This document shows positions 1-9,701 of a DNA stretch of 64,000 nucleotides, piece by piece. The stretch is taken from IMG/VR virus record IMGVR_UViG_3300046167_000869, positions 1,045 to 65,044 of that record. The stretch is one strand, 5' to 3'. Each line of letters begins with the position of its first letter. Position 1 is the stretch's first letter. The notes under the pieces were generated by a model that saw nothing but the letters and a program-made list of their open reading frames with translations, did not search any database and had not been told where the DNA came from. The position numbers and the translations under genes are program-made. This stretch comes from a virus. Lineage: Duplodnaviria; Caudoviricetes.

Positions 1-92
1 CGCGAGAGAGCCGTTTGAGTAGTAGAGTGAACCGCTGACAGTGTAGGCATCGAGATCGCGCGGCTGATGAGCCTTGAACGCTGAGAGCTCGA

Positions 93-413
93 TCATGCAC
101 GCGCCGCCGTCATGACGCCAGTGTTGATCAAAGGCGGCTTCAACCAGATCCATATCAGCGGGCTCAGCGACAGTCGCAGAGACAGGTGAGAGGAGCTCAT
201 CAAAGATAGCGTCGAGCTGCTCAGCGGGTGAAGGCTCGACCTCGACATCATCATGGACAGCGGGCGCCTCAAGAGCATCGGCCTGAGCGTTAAGCTGAGC
301 GATGGTCTCAGTAGAGTATCAGCGAAGAGATCACCAAAGAGAGCTTGTTCGGCGAGGGTTCGAGCTTGTGAGCGGAGGTCAGCAGCGAGAGCGAGAGAAT
401 CCATGAGAGACAC
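93..413 (-). CDS. Hypothetical protein (3' part may be frameshifted)
   Basis: ATG preceded by AAGGTG on the minus strand. The N-terminus is plausible; the later Ser/Leu-rich part looks out of frame. Confidence 0.35.
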   Translation of the reverse strand: MSLMDSLALAADLRSQARTLAEQALFGDLFADTLLRPSLSLTLRPMLLRRPLSMMMSRSSLHPLSSSTLSLMSSSHLSLRLSLSPLIWIWLKPPLINTGVMTAARA

Positions 414-587
414 CTTAGAGAGAGAGGAGAGAGAGAGTGATAATGATTCACTTGTGAACCGTTGGTGTAAGAGTGATACATGATCGACCCCGCGCCGTCA
501 AGATATATTTCAAAATAATATCTCGGCCTACCCTAAGCCCCTGAAAACTGATATGATAAGCCCTGAATAAGCTTAGGAGCGCGCCCC

Positions 588-824
588 ATGTATGACGATT
601 ATTGCCAGCTCGATGAGACCATAGACGCTCTCGATACATGGATTGATGATCATATAGAGGCGAGCCCGCGAGGGCGCTTGAGTCTCGATATAGTGATGAG
701 CGCATATATCGAGCACACCGGAGAGAGCGCGGATTTAGACGAGCTCTACGGCCTGTTGTCCGAACGATTCACGGCGGACACGGATCACGGCGACCTTGTA
801 TTTAAAGCGCGCATCATCATTTAA
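588..824 (+). CDS. Small acidic protein resembling the C-terminal winged-helix domain of D5/P4-type primase-helicases
   Basis: AGGAG RBS upstream. IDALDTWIDDHIEASPRGRLSLDIVMSAYIEHTG parallels TDSISAFIDARCEM...LWQRFRTY in ORF 54889-57468. Confidence 0.6.
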   Translation: MYDDYCQLDETIDALDTWIDDHIEASPRGRLSLDIVMSAYIEHTGESADLDELYGLLSERFTADTDHGDLVFKARIII

Positions 825-862
825 ATCTGTATTGTATCTAGCCACTTAGGAGAGAGAGAATT

Positions 863-1363
863 ATGTTTAGCGATCTAGTAAAAGCCCGCAAAGGCTCAGA
901 GAAGCAGAGCGCGAAAAAAAGCGAGATCAGCGACGAGCGCCTAGACGAGATCATGGCGGAGCTCTTCGGGAGCGCAGACGACGAGGACGATGGGCCCGCG
1001 CCTAAAATGAAAAAGGGCTCAGGCTACAGCGCGCGTGACAAGATGCTTGAGAAGGCCGAAGACGAAGAGGACGTCGACGAAGAAGAGGGTGAAGAGGACA
1101 TGGAAAAGGGAATGTCACGCCGTGAGATGATGACCCAGGTCTATTCTATGGTGGATGACCTCAGTGATGATGAGCTTGATAAATTCCTCTCTGATCGTCA
1201 GATTAAAAAGGCTCAAGTCATGGCAATCTTTGAGCAAATGCCTACAGGCGACCTTAAAGAGCTAGTGTCATCCAAAGCCGCAAACGGGGCATCACCGATG
1301 GAGGCGCTCGAAATGGCGAAGGGTTCGGAGATGGATGCTGATGATGATGAGATGGACATCTAA
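863..1363 (+). CDS. Acidic putative head-assembly/internal scaffold-like protein
   Basis: Strong AGGAG RBS. Very D/E-rich, with repeated [LMI]-x-K-[AG] motifs like the scaffold at 30348. Confidence 0.65.
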   Translation: MFSDLVKARKGSEKQSAKKSEISDERLDEIMAELFGSADDEDDGPAPKMKKGSGYSARDKMLEKAEDEEDVDEEEGEEDMEKGMSRREMMTQVYSMVDDLSDDELDKFLSDRQIKKAQVMAIFEQMPTGDLKELVSSKAANGASPMEALEMAKGSEMDADDDEMDI

Positions 1364-1429
1364 AATGCACGCCGAATATCTAGCGCTCACGCTGTTCATT
1401 TTCGCGTATTTGATCGCGGCGCTAGACGG

Positions 1430-1906
1430 ATGAGCGCCCAAGCGCGCGCTGATCTGCTCAAGAGCGCGGAGAGCGCCAACCCCCCTAAGATCCCCGCTAA
1501 ATATCTCAGCGGCCTTGAGGGTGAGGAGCGAGCGCAGCGGAAGCGAGAGCTAGAGCGCCGAGCGCGTGACGCGTCCCAGCGTACCTATGAGCCGTTAGAG
1601 AGCGATAAGGACGCGAAGACACGCCCCTCTAAATACTCGCGAACTAAACTCGCAAAAGACACACGCGATGAGATGAAGGGTAACAGCGCCAAAGAGTTTA
1701 TCTCGACCGTAGCGCGCTTAACAGGCATCAAGCGCTCTATCATCAAGAAGGTACATGGGCGAGGCGCGGCCGCGTGGGCTACAGGACACCGCCCCGGCGC
1801 GTCTCAAGTGGCGTGGAGCCGAGCGAGGGTTTACTCTTTTGCCACGGGTGGCAAGACGCAAAAAACCGCAGACGCGGATTTATGGAGACAGCACAAGGGG
1901 AAGTGA
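1430..1906 (+). CDS. DUF5824-like basic protein
   Basis: IPAKYLSGL, RPSKY and RGAAAWATGHRPGASQVAWSRARVYSF match the family as recalled from algal large DNA viruses. Confidence 0.65.
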   Translation: MSAQARADLLKSAESANPPKIPAKYLSGLEGEERAQRKRELERRARDASQRTYEPLESDKDAKTRPSKYSRTKLAKDTRDEMKGNSAKEFISTVARLTGIKRSIIKKVHGRGAAAWATGHRPGASQVAWSRARVYSFATGGKTQKTADADLWRQHKGK

Positions 1907-1907
1907 T

Positions 1908-3613
1908 ATGGACACTCAACAGCTACTAGCCACCCCCCGAGGACGCCGAGTTTTAAGCGCCGCATCTCCTCAGTTTTTCGACGCGTACTACTGCGGTATG
2001 AGGCGAGCTGACCACCGCGACAGGTGGCTCGACCGGATGGAGAGCGCCACCACACGCGCAAGAGACACGGGAGTGAAGGCGAAAAATCTAATTCTAGCAC
2101 CCCGCGACCACGGCAAAACCGAAGCCGCGATCACTTATGCCACGCGCGCCTTGTGCCTTGATCGAGATATCAGAATCTTATGGATATCGGAGAGCCAAGG
2201 ACAAGCTGAGAAGCGTATGAGGCGCGTGAGCTCGCTTTTACAGAGTTCACGGATCATGGAGGATTGGGCGAGCGATCCCCTAGATGGGGCGCCACCATTT
2301 CAGGCCGACGGCACCAAATGGACAAATAATCTGATCTATCTCAACCGATCCAGAGAGAGCGTAGACGCAAGCCTTGAGGTGATAGGCGCCGGAGGATCTG
2401 TTACAGGTGGTCACTTTGATTTGATCATCTGTGATGATATTCAGGATGACAGAAACACCTACACCGCCGGCGTGAGGTCAAAGACGCGCGAATGGTGGCG
2501 CGGTACAGTGGCGCCGATGCTCTCACGAGGGGGATCAATATTAGTGATCGGGACAAGGAAGCATCACGATGATCTCTTCTCTCACCTGATCAATGATCCA
2601 ACGTATCGAGTGATGCATGATAAGGCCATCCCAGAGTGGCCTGAAAAATACTCATTCATCATGGACAGTGACGAGAACGGGCGCGAGATCATAACCGGTG
2701 TAGACATCGAGGGCGGCTCATGTTTATGGCCCCAAGAGCGCCCGCTTGACTACCTGCTACTTGAGCGCCGCGCGGTAGGATCTAGGCTCTTCTCGCGCGA
2801 GTTTCAAAACGAGGTCCAAGACGAGTCAAGCGCAGCGTTCAAGATGGCTTGGTTAGAGCGCGCGATGAATCGCGGTAAGAGGTATAGGCTAGGCAGCATA
2901 CCGAGCGAGGTAGATGATCTAGTCAAGGTTGGGACTTCTCGCTTGGTGACAGATGCTCAGGGAGCTCAGGAGCGAGACACAGATTACACCGTAGGGATCA
3001 CATGGGGGAGGGATTCAAAGACGGGTGATAGATATTTGATAGACATCTTCAGAAAGCGCGGTATGAGCCCCACCGAGCTTCAAGGACGTGTTAAAGGCTG
3101 AGTATGCGAAATTTGACCGGCCGCCGCGCGTGGTCGCCGTTGAGAAAAAACGCCTTCGGTGAGTTGCACTATTTAGGTCTGCAGCGATCCTCAGACCTGC
3201 CCCTCAAGGGCCACATCACCCACGCGCGGAATAAGGCTGACCCATGGGAAGGTGTGCCCGCGTTGAGCGTGCTCTTCGAAAACAATAAGATCATTCTCCC
3301 CAGCGCCACAGACAGCGACCGCGAGCGCTTAGAGCCGTTGATTCATGAGCTCTATAATCTAGGCAAAGAGCGCCATGACGACACCGTTATGGCCTTGTGG
3401 ATCGCTGAGACTTGGCTACGTAAAAGCGCTTTCATTTACACGATGGACTTCGGCGGCACTGAGCTACAAGGATCAGCCGACGAGCGCCTATTTAGTGGAG
3501 ATGAAAGCGAAAATATGACACACGCGGCATATTCAGAGAGCGCGACGAGGGCGGCGCATGATACAATATGGAGTGAATTATTGCCCGGCTACGATGAGGG
3601 AGGCTACCATTGA
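1908..3613 (+). CDS. terL: Terminase large subunit (split by indels near 2925-2945 and 3097-3150)
   Basis: Walker A APRDHGKT, GGHFDLIICDD Walker B, IGTRKH motif, FSREFQN, nuclease motifs DYTVG and HDDTVMALW. QGWDFSL is recoverable in a shifted frame. Confidence 0.93.
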
Positions 3614-3939
3614 ACGAGACACATACATTTAGCAGCACAGGCGGCGCGGAGCTCGTTATTGAGCCGAGCTCATACGCGGGCCAGCGCTTCAGCGACGGCA
3701 ACAGAAACGCGATGATAAGCGCGAGTAATCTTGACGGGGGTTCCTATACGGTAAGTTATAGACCGCCGAGCGCACCTAACTTCGTTGAGCACATATTAGG
3801 CGCGACTGAGAGTGATAGCGTGATGCTAGCAGGCCCCGAAGCGCCTATTTTTGACGCTCTTAAGATCACGTTTAGCGGCGTGGGAGCGGCACCCGCTCAA
3901 CAGATCATCACCCTGAATACATGGCCGAGAGGACTCTAA
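3610..3939 (+). CDS. Hypothetical virion protein
   Basis: TTG start overlapping the terL stop, GGAGG RBS, beta-rich composition. Confidence 0.6.
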   Translation: MNETHTFSSTGGAELVIEPSSYAGQRFSDGNRNAMISASNLDGGSYTVSYRPPSAPNFVEHILGATESDSVMLAGPEAPIFDALKITFSGVGAAPAQQIITLNTWPRGL

Positions 3940-3942
3940 TCA

Positions 3943-6792
3943 ATGGCAACTCTATATTCATCAGGCGCGAGTACACCGGACGCGACCGAGAGCACCGCAG
4001 GTAAGCTCAGGATCTCGACAGCTCTTGAGGCGACCACCGGGACCAATGACACAACCGCGATGACACCTGCAAAGGTCGCCGCCGCGATCAGCGCCGGTTC
4101 GGGCGGTATAACAGGCGCGCTAGTCTATCGCGGATCATATGACGCCTCGACCGCATCCCCAGACCTCACCACGGCGAGCAAGGGCGATTTCTATTTAGTG
4201 TCAGTAGCCGGCGCGCTCGACGGTGTAGCGTTGAGTGTAGGTGATCACGTAGTATTCAATCAAGACGCAGCAAACCCTGTAACGGCGGCGGTGTTCGATA
4301 AGATTGATTCTACGGACGCGGTGAGCTCTGTCAATGGACAGACAGGAGTGATCACACTGACAGCAAGCGATGTAAACGCGCTAGCAAGTGGTGATAACGT
4401 GAGTGAGCTCACGAATGACTCAGGCTATCTGACAAGCGCACCTGTAACAAGCGTGAACACTCAGACAGGAGTGATCACACTGACAGCAAGCGATGTAAAC
4501 GCGCTAGCAAGTGGTGATAATGTAAGCGCGCTCACGAATGACTCAGGTTATCTGACAAGCGCACCTGTAACGAGTGTGAACACTCAGACAGGAGTGATCA
4601 CACTGACAGCCTCAGATGTAGGAGCGCTAGCGACAGGCGACAATGTAAGCGCGCTCACTAATGATAGTGGCTATCTCACCTCTACACTGAGCGCTGATAT
4701 TATCGTAGACACAGACGGCGCTTATGATCTCGGCACAGAGAGCGCGCGCTTAGGTCTCACCTTCAGCGACCTAGACGGCGCGGTAACATTCAAGGCGAGC
4801 AACGCGAGCGGCGCCCAGATTGCCAAGGGGCAGCCTGTATACATTGCGGGCGTGAGTGGAGACGTGCCAACGGTCGCGCTCGCAGACGCAGACGCGGCCG
4901 CCATGCCTTGCGCCGGTTTGGCAGCAGAGACAGCGAACTCAGGCGCGGCTATCCGGATTGTGAGCTTTGGGAACTTGACCGGCGTAGACACAAGCGCGTT
5001 TAGTCTTGGTGATACGCTCTACATAGACACGACAGCGGGAGCGCTGACAGCGACACCCCCGGCGGGTGAGACAGCCAAGCTTCAGAATATAGGAAAGGTG
5101 ATACGAGTTCACGCGACAAGCGGAATCATCAAAGTAGGGGGAGCCGGTAGAAGCGCCGCGACGCCGAACCTTGACCAGAATAAAATTTTCTTGGGAGACA
5201 GCAACAACCGCGCGGTGAGCACAGCTCTAAGCACCGTCGCGCTGAGCTCATTCAGCAATGATTTAGGGCTTGCAGCGGTCGCGACATCAGGCGCGTATAG
5301 CGATTTGAGCGGAACACCAACGCTAGGCACAGCGGCGGCACTTGATGCGGGTACAAGCGTCTCAAATGTGGTGCAGCTCGATGGCTCGGCGCGTCTACCT
5401 GCGGTTGATGGCTCACAGCTGACTAACCTACCAAGCGGAGCAACTCAGCTCAACGATCTCTCAGACGTGACGATCACAGGAGCAGCTACAGGTGAGGTTT
5501 TACGCTACAGCGGCGCGGCGTGGGTAGATGCACAGCTAGCCTATGGCGACCTGAGCGGAACACCGACACTCGCAACGGTCGCGACATCAGGCGCGTATAG
5601 CGATTTGAGCGGAACACCCGACCTATCCATCTATGCCCCACTTGCATCACCCGCGCTAACAGGTACGCCGACCGCAGACACCGCAACCGCGGGAACGAAC
5701 ACGACTCAACTCGCGACGACCGCGTTTGTCACGACCGCAGTCGCGGCGGGTGGTGGTGGTATATCAAACATCGTCGAGGACACGACGCCGCAACTCGGCG
5801 GAGATCTCGATCCGAACGGCTTCGGCGTATCGGGTGATTTGTCGCCGTCTGCGGCGAACACCCACGCTTTAGGCTCCGCCGATGCAGAGTGGAGTGATCT
5901 ATATCTAGGCGACGGGGCGGTCATTAACTTTGGTCTTGATCAAGATATTAAGCTAACCCATGAGCACAACTCAGGGCTCGTACTTGAGAAAACCCCCGGC
6001 TCGGCGTTCTACCCTAGGCTCACGTTGCGAAATCAGGACTCGGGCTCTCTCTCTTACGCCGAGCTTAAGTTCGATTCTCAGTCCACATCACCCGCCACGA
6101 ATGATTTTATCGGGCGCGTGTTGGCGAGCGGCAAAAATAGCGCGGGCGGAAACTTCGATTACTCTAAAATTGAGACGAGAATCGCGGACGCGACGGACTC
6201 CACGGAGGCGGGGCGGCTTCTGCTTCGCGTCGGTACAGGGGGAACAGTCGCGGGCAACTCAGGGACAGACGCGCTCGACATCCACGGATCGAGCGGCGGC
6301 GACATCGTGGTCAAGATCCCCGAGCATGACGGCGCGAGCTCGGGCCTCATGCTCGGCTCCACTCTGCTCACATCGACCGCCGCAGAGCTGAACCTCTTGG
6401 ACGGCGGGGCGAGCGTCGGCTCATCAATCACGATCTCAGACACCGACGGCTTTGTTGTAAACGACGGGGGCGTGTCAAAGCTGATCCCCGCGAGTGATCT
6501 CAAGACATACGCGGCGGGTGGCGGCGGCGGTGGCGTCGAGTACAGCGCTATCTCTTCGGCCACTACAGCGGCAATCAACTATCACTACTCATGCACAGGA
6601 ACATTCACACTCACGATCCCCACGTCTCAAGCGGCGGGTTCATCCATCAGTATTAAGAATATGGGAACAGGCACAATCACACTAGATCCGCAAACATCGA
6701 ACATCGACGGGTCAAGCACTGACTATACGATGGACGTACAGTTTGGGGCGCTGACCTTGGTCAGCGATGGCACAGGATGGGAGATCATCTAA
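3943..6792 (+). CDS. Long mosaic fibre/decoration protein (949 aa)
   Basis: Ala/Thr/Ser/Gly-rich, with typical phage fibre motifs SVNGQTG, LTNDSGYLT, VATSGAYSDLSGTP, APLASPALTGTP and VEDTTPQLGGDLD. Confidence 0.85.
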   Translation: MATLYSSGASTPDATESTAGKLRISTALEATTGTNDTTAMTPAKVAAAISAGSGGITGALVYRGSYDASTASPDLTTASKGDFYLVSVAGALDGVALSVGDHVVFNQDAANPVTAAVFDKIDSTDAVSSVNGQTGVITLTASDVNALASGDNVSELTNDSGYLTSAPVTSVNTQTGVITLTASDVNALASGDNVSALTNDSGYLTSAPVTSVNTQTGVITLTASDVGALATGDNVSALTNDSGYLTSTLSADIIVDTDGAYDLGTESARLGLTFSDLDGAVTFKASNASGAQIAKGQPVYIAGVSGDVPTVALADADAAAMPCAGLAAETANSGAAIRIVSFGNLTGVDTSAFSLGDTLYIDTTAGALTATPPAGETAKLQNIGKVIRVHATSGIIKVGGAGRSAATPNLDQNKIFLGDSNNRAVSTALSTVALSSFSNDLGLAAVATSGAYSDLSGTPTLGTAAALDAGTSVSNVVQLDGSARLPAVDGSQLTNLPSGATQLNDLSDVTITGAATGEVLRYSGAAWVDAQLAYGDLSGTPTLATVATSGAYSDLSGTPDLSIYAPLASPALTGTPTADTATAGTNTTQLATTAFVTTAVAAGGGGISNIVEDTTPQLGGDLDPNGFGVSGDLSPSAANTHALGSADAEWSDLYLGDGAVINFGLDQDIKLTHEHNSGLVLEKTPGSAFYPRLTLRNQDSGSLSYAELKFDSQSTSPATNDFIGRVLASGKNSAGGNFDYSKIETRIADATDSTEAGRLLLRVGTGGTVAGNSGTDALDIHGSSGGDIVVKIPEHDGASSGLMLGSTLLTSTAAELNLLDGGASVGSSITISDTDGFVVNDGGVSKLIPASDLKTYAAGGGGGGVEYSAISSATTAAINYHYSCTGTFTLTIPTSQAAGSSISIKNMGTGTITLDPQTSNIDGSSTDYTMDVQFGALTLVSDGTGWEII
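4327..4683 (+). repeat. About 3 tandem copies of a 123-bp (41-aa) coding repeat
   Basis: SVNxQTGVITLTASDVxALAxGDNVSxLTNDSGYLTS starting at 4327, 4450 and 4573, with near-identical DNA. Confidence 0.92.
5276..5618 (+). repeat. Exact 43-bp direct repeat pair 300 bp apart
   Basis: cggtcgcgacatcaggcgcgtatagcgatttgagcggaacacc at 5276-5318 and 5576-5618. Confidence 0.9.
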
Positions 6793-7421
6793 TGAGCCAT
6801 AATAGCGCCAAAGTGAACACTCAAGAGCCCAATCGTCAAGGCGTCGTGACTCAAGCGCTCGGAGACTTGAGCGATGTGAGCGCGAGCTCTCCAAGCGCTG
6901 GGCAGGTCTTGGTATATGCATCGGGCGCTTGGGGTGCGGGAGCTGCGGGGGCGACAGGTGGTATTATCAACATCGGTTCAGGGGAGAGTAACGCATACTC
7001 AAACTCTGGAGCGTCGAGCATCGCCACCAATGTAGATCTTTTTTTCTATGATACCTCGCCGACAAACTCCATCAGCGGGGCTACGATCAACAATGTAGGT
7101 GCGACGGATTGGGTTTCTTCGGTAGAGCTCCCCGTTGGCGATTACATGATATGGGTGCGCTTTGGGGCTGAGTTCAGCTCTACGGGTTATCTCGGTTTCG
7201 CGGTCTATGACTCGGCTAATGTGGTAAAAAGTACCTATGCGATGATCGGCGCTAACACCACAGCGTATCATTTCCCCCCGAGTGTGCTGCAAGCGCGCGT
7301 GTCCCTCACGGCGACCACTACTCTTAAGATTCGTGGGTTCCATTCGTTGGGTGTTGATAGCGTCGGGAATCAAGGCGACACTCCCGCTGAGTTTAGCCAG
7401 TGGACTATTGTGAAAATATGA
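6792..7421 (+). CDS. Short fibre/adhesin paralog 1
   Basis: Begins MSHNSAKVNTQEPNRQGVVTQALGDLSDV; beta-rich variable C-terminus; ATG overlaps the upstream TAA. Confidence 0.8.
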   Translation: MSHNSAKVNTQEPNRQGVVTQALGDLSDVSASSPSAGQVLVYASGAWGAGAAGATGGIINIGSGESNAYSNSGASSIATNVDLFFYDTSPTNSISGATINNVGATDWVSSVELPVGDYMIWVRFGAEFSSTGYLGFAVYDSANVVKSTYAMIGANTTAYHFPPSVLQARVSLTATTTLKIRGFHSLGVDSVGNQGDTPAEFSQWTIVKI

Positions 7422-8029
7422 GCCACAACAGTAATAAGGTGAACGCTCAAGAACCAAACCGACAGGGCGTCTTGGCTCAAGCGCTAGAAGACCTGAGCGA
7501 CGTGGGCGCACTCGGCGCGTCTGAGGGTCAGGCTTTGGGATGGGGCGCAGGTCCCACGCTCGCCGCGATAGACGTGCATGGTAACTACGATATAGCCGGA
7601 TCGTTTTGGATATCGGGGGGCGGTTGGGGCGGCTCATACGCTTACAGTGTGGGCGACGCTGTAATCTGGCGTCAAGGAAGCGCGACGATCACGGCCGACG
7701 CGAGTCGGCTCACGTTTCAGGGCGGAACATGGATCAGCCAATTCACCCTACAGGCGGGTACATATTTACTAAAGTGGGACCTACCATTTAGCCCATCGGC
7801 GGCTTCAGCATACGCCGTAATCAGGCTCAAAGACATCACGAACAATCAATACATAGGCCCCAAGGTTAAGATCGGTGATGGCCGATCATCTAATCACTTA
7901 ATGTGTGTGGTCGCGCCAACCGCGGCAACCACCTACAATTGGGAAGTTATCGCAAAAAATGGAACGATTGCATTACCCACCGCCACCACACTGAGATCAC
8001 TACAAGCGGCATTTATAGAAGAGGTATGA
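7418..8029 (+). CDS. Short fibre/adhesin paralog 2
   Basis: Begins MSHNSNKVNAQEPNRQGVLAQALEDLSDV; ATGA overlap with paralog 1. Confidence 0.8.
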   Translation: MSHNSNKVNAQEPNRQGVLAQALEDLSDVGALGASEGQALGWGAGPTLAAIDVHGNYDIAGSFWISGGGWGGSYAYSVGDAVIWRQGSATITADASRLTFQGGTWISQFTLQAGTYLLKWDLPFSPSAASAYAVIRLKDITNNQYIGPKVKIGDGRSSNHLMCVVAPTAATTYNWEVIAKNGTIALPTATTLRSLQAAFIEEV

Positions 8030-8030
8030 C

Positions 8031-8381
8031 ATGTTCGTAACGGTAAAATTTCTAACGGCACCGCCCGCGGGTACTCTCGTTTGTCACGACGCAGACAATG
8101 TTTGGCGAGCCGCCACCCCAACAGATGACGCCCCCCTCGGTGTCCTAAGCAGAGAGACAACGCTCGACGATGACGGGGTACGATGGGGAGAAGTTACCCT
8201 AGCGGGGGCGGCGTGGGCGCGAGCGGGGGCGGCGATACCCGCTCAAGGGGGTTGGCTTAGCGTGGATACTGAGGGGCGCGCAATCGTGGCACCATCTGAA
8301 GACTGTGGCCTAATCGCTCCTCTATCTCGCGGCGCGACAGCTCCGAGCGTCGATGACTTAATTATGATTTGGGTGCGATGA
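8031..8381 (+). CDS. Capsid cement/decoration-like small protein (DUF2190-like)
   Basis: PLGV..., ARAGAAIPAQGGWLSVDTEGRAI pattern; paralogous in layout to 9698-10075. Confidence 0.55.
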   Translation: MFVTVKFLTAPPAGTLVCHDADNVWRAATPTDDAPLGVLSRETTLDDDGVRWGEVTLAGAAWARAGAAIPAQGGWLSVDTEGRAIVAPSEDCGLIAPLSRGATAPSVDDLIMIWVR

Positions 8382-8415
8382 TGCGCGTACACGACACAAG
8401 AGAGGAGATCATCTA

Positions 8416-9033
8416 ATGAGCCATAATAGCAGTAAGGTGAACACTCAAGAACCGAATCGTCAAGGCGTCGTGGCTCAAGCGCTGGATGACCTGAGCGACG
8501 TAAATATAACATCGATCTCATCAGGCCAAGCGCTGGAGTATGACGGGGCGCAATGGGTCAACTCCGCCAACGCGATCACGGTAGGCTCAGTGTTCTGCGG
8601 TGAGGGAGCCTCTCAGAACTACTCGACATCTAGCGCGAGCGGGGTGACCAATGGGGATGTCGTGCAGTTCTACGCAGCATCACCCCACAACTCCCTAAGC
8701 GCGACAATCACTAGCGCGAGCAATTGGGTAAGCGCTGTGACTGTCCCTGTCGGAACTTACCGCGTCTCTGCGCTCGTTGCGCTGACCTTTAGCTCAGCTG
8801 GAAGCGGTGAGTATCGCGTCCACAATGGGGGGACGGCTGTGGGCTCGACAGGGACATACGCGCAAGACGACGCGGATTGTACGAGCATCGCTACGGCAAT
8901 TATCACTGTCACAAGCGGAACAGCTGTCATAGATGTACGCTTAACGTCTCAAGCTAATAACGTCAACACGATCGCTAACCAAGGCTCTCGGCACGCTGAG
9001 CTAGGATATCTGATCATAGATCGGTTAGCCTAA
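8416..9033 (+). CDS. Short fibre/adhesin paralog 3
   Basis: Begins MSHNSSKVNTQEPNRQGVVAQALDDLSDV; the body resembles paralog 1 (GEGASQNYS, WVSAVTVPVGTY, NQG..AE). Confidence 0.8.
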   Translation: MSHNSSKVNTQEPNRQGVVAQALDDLSDVNITSISSGQALEYDGAQWVNSANAITVGSVFCGEGASQNYSTSSASGVTNGDVVQFYAASPHNSLSATITSASNWVSAVTVPVGTYRVSALVALTFSSAGSGEYRVHNGGTAVGSTGTYAQDDADCTSIATAIITVTSGTAVIDVRLTSQANNVNTIANQGSRHAELGYLIIDRLA

Positions 9034-9701
9034 TGAGTCATAACAATATCATTGTGAACGACCAAGCGCCGAATCGTCAAGGCGCGATTACCCAAGCGCT
9101 CAGTGACCTGAGCGACGTCGCGTCGGGTGCCTCTGCTGATCAAGTCCTAGCATGGGGCGGGTCTAGTTTTGGGGGGGTGGTCGCAGAGAACGCGGTCTGT
9201 ATTTTAGAGCCCGTTGGGACGGGGGAGCCCGCCAACGCGGGGGTGTATAATCCCGCGTTGGAGAACGGGTGGTTCTTTTCTGCGCGCACCGTGGGAGCAA
9301 CCGGAAACATGATCGCGTCAACAACGGACTCAGACTTTGTATCTGTCTCTTCGAGGGTCTTTACGGCGTCCGCTCAATACCTTGAGCACCTAACGCTAAG
9401 CGCTGGATACGTCTATCAGATCCACCTGGAAATGTGCATCGGCGGGAACTCCGACGCGGGAGCCTCCATTGAGGTGCAGTGGCAAGACGGCGCAGGCAAC
9501 GCGCTAGGCCCACGGGCTTTCCTTCGCAAAAAAGGCGAGAATCGCACACCGATCAAAGGCGTGATAGATCTCACCTCGGCAGGCGGAGATACAGACGTGG
9601 GACTCCAGCGCGTGGGTAGTGGTGTACAAGGTAACGCGCGGTACATTCTAACAGTGGATGATCTTCAACAATTCAACCTAAGTGTAAGGATTCTATCATG
9701 A
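9033..9701 (+). CDS. Short fibre/adhesin paralog 4
   Basis: Begins MSHNNIIVNDQAPNRQGAITQALSDLSDV; L.AG.Y and (I/L)GP motifs shared with paralog 2. Confidence 0.8.
   Translation: MSHNNIIVNDQAPNRQGAITQALSDLSDVASGASADQVLAWGGSSFGGVVAENAVCILEPVGTGEPANAGVYNPALENGWFFSARTVGATGNMIASTTDSDFVSVSSRVFTASAQYLEHLTLSAGYVYQIHLEMCIGGNSDAGASIEVQWQDGAGNALGPRAFLRKKGENRTPIKGVIDLTSAGGDTDVGLQRVGSGVQGNARYILTVDDLQQFNLSVRILS

Noticed and set aside
1755-1907. N-terminal extension of the terminase
   Set aside because: It overlaps the upstream gene; ATG 1908 has an AAGGGG RBS and follows the upstream stop.
3099-3101. Stop-codon reassignment explaining the split genes
   Set aside because: The continuations lie in different frames rather than past in-frame stops, and TAA, TAG and TGA all end genes normally.
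6792-9701. Diversity-generating retroelement or invertase shufflon
   Set aside because: No reverse transcriptase or recombinase, no adenine-specific template/variable pair, and all copies are in the same orientation.
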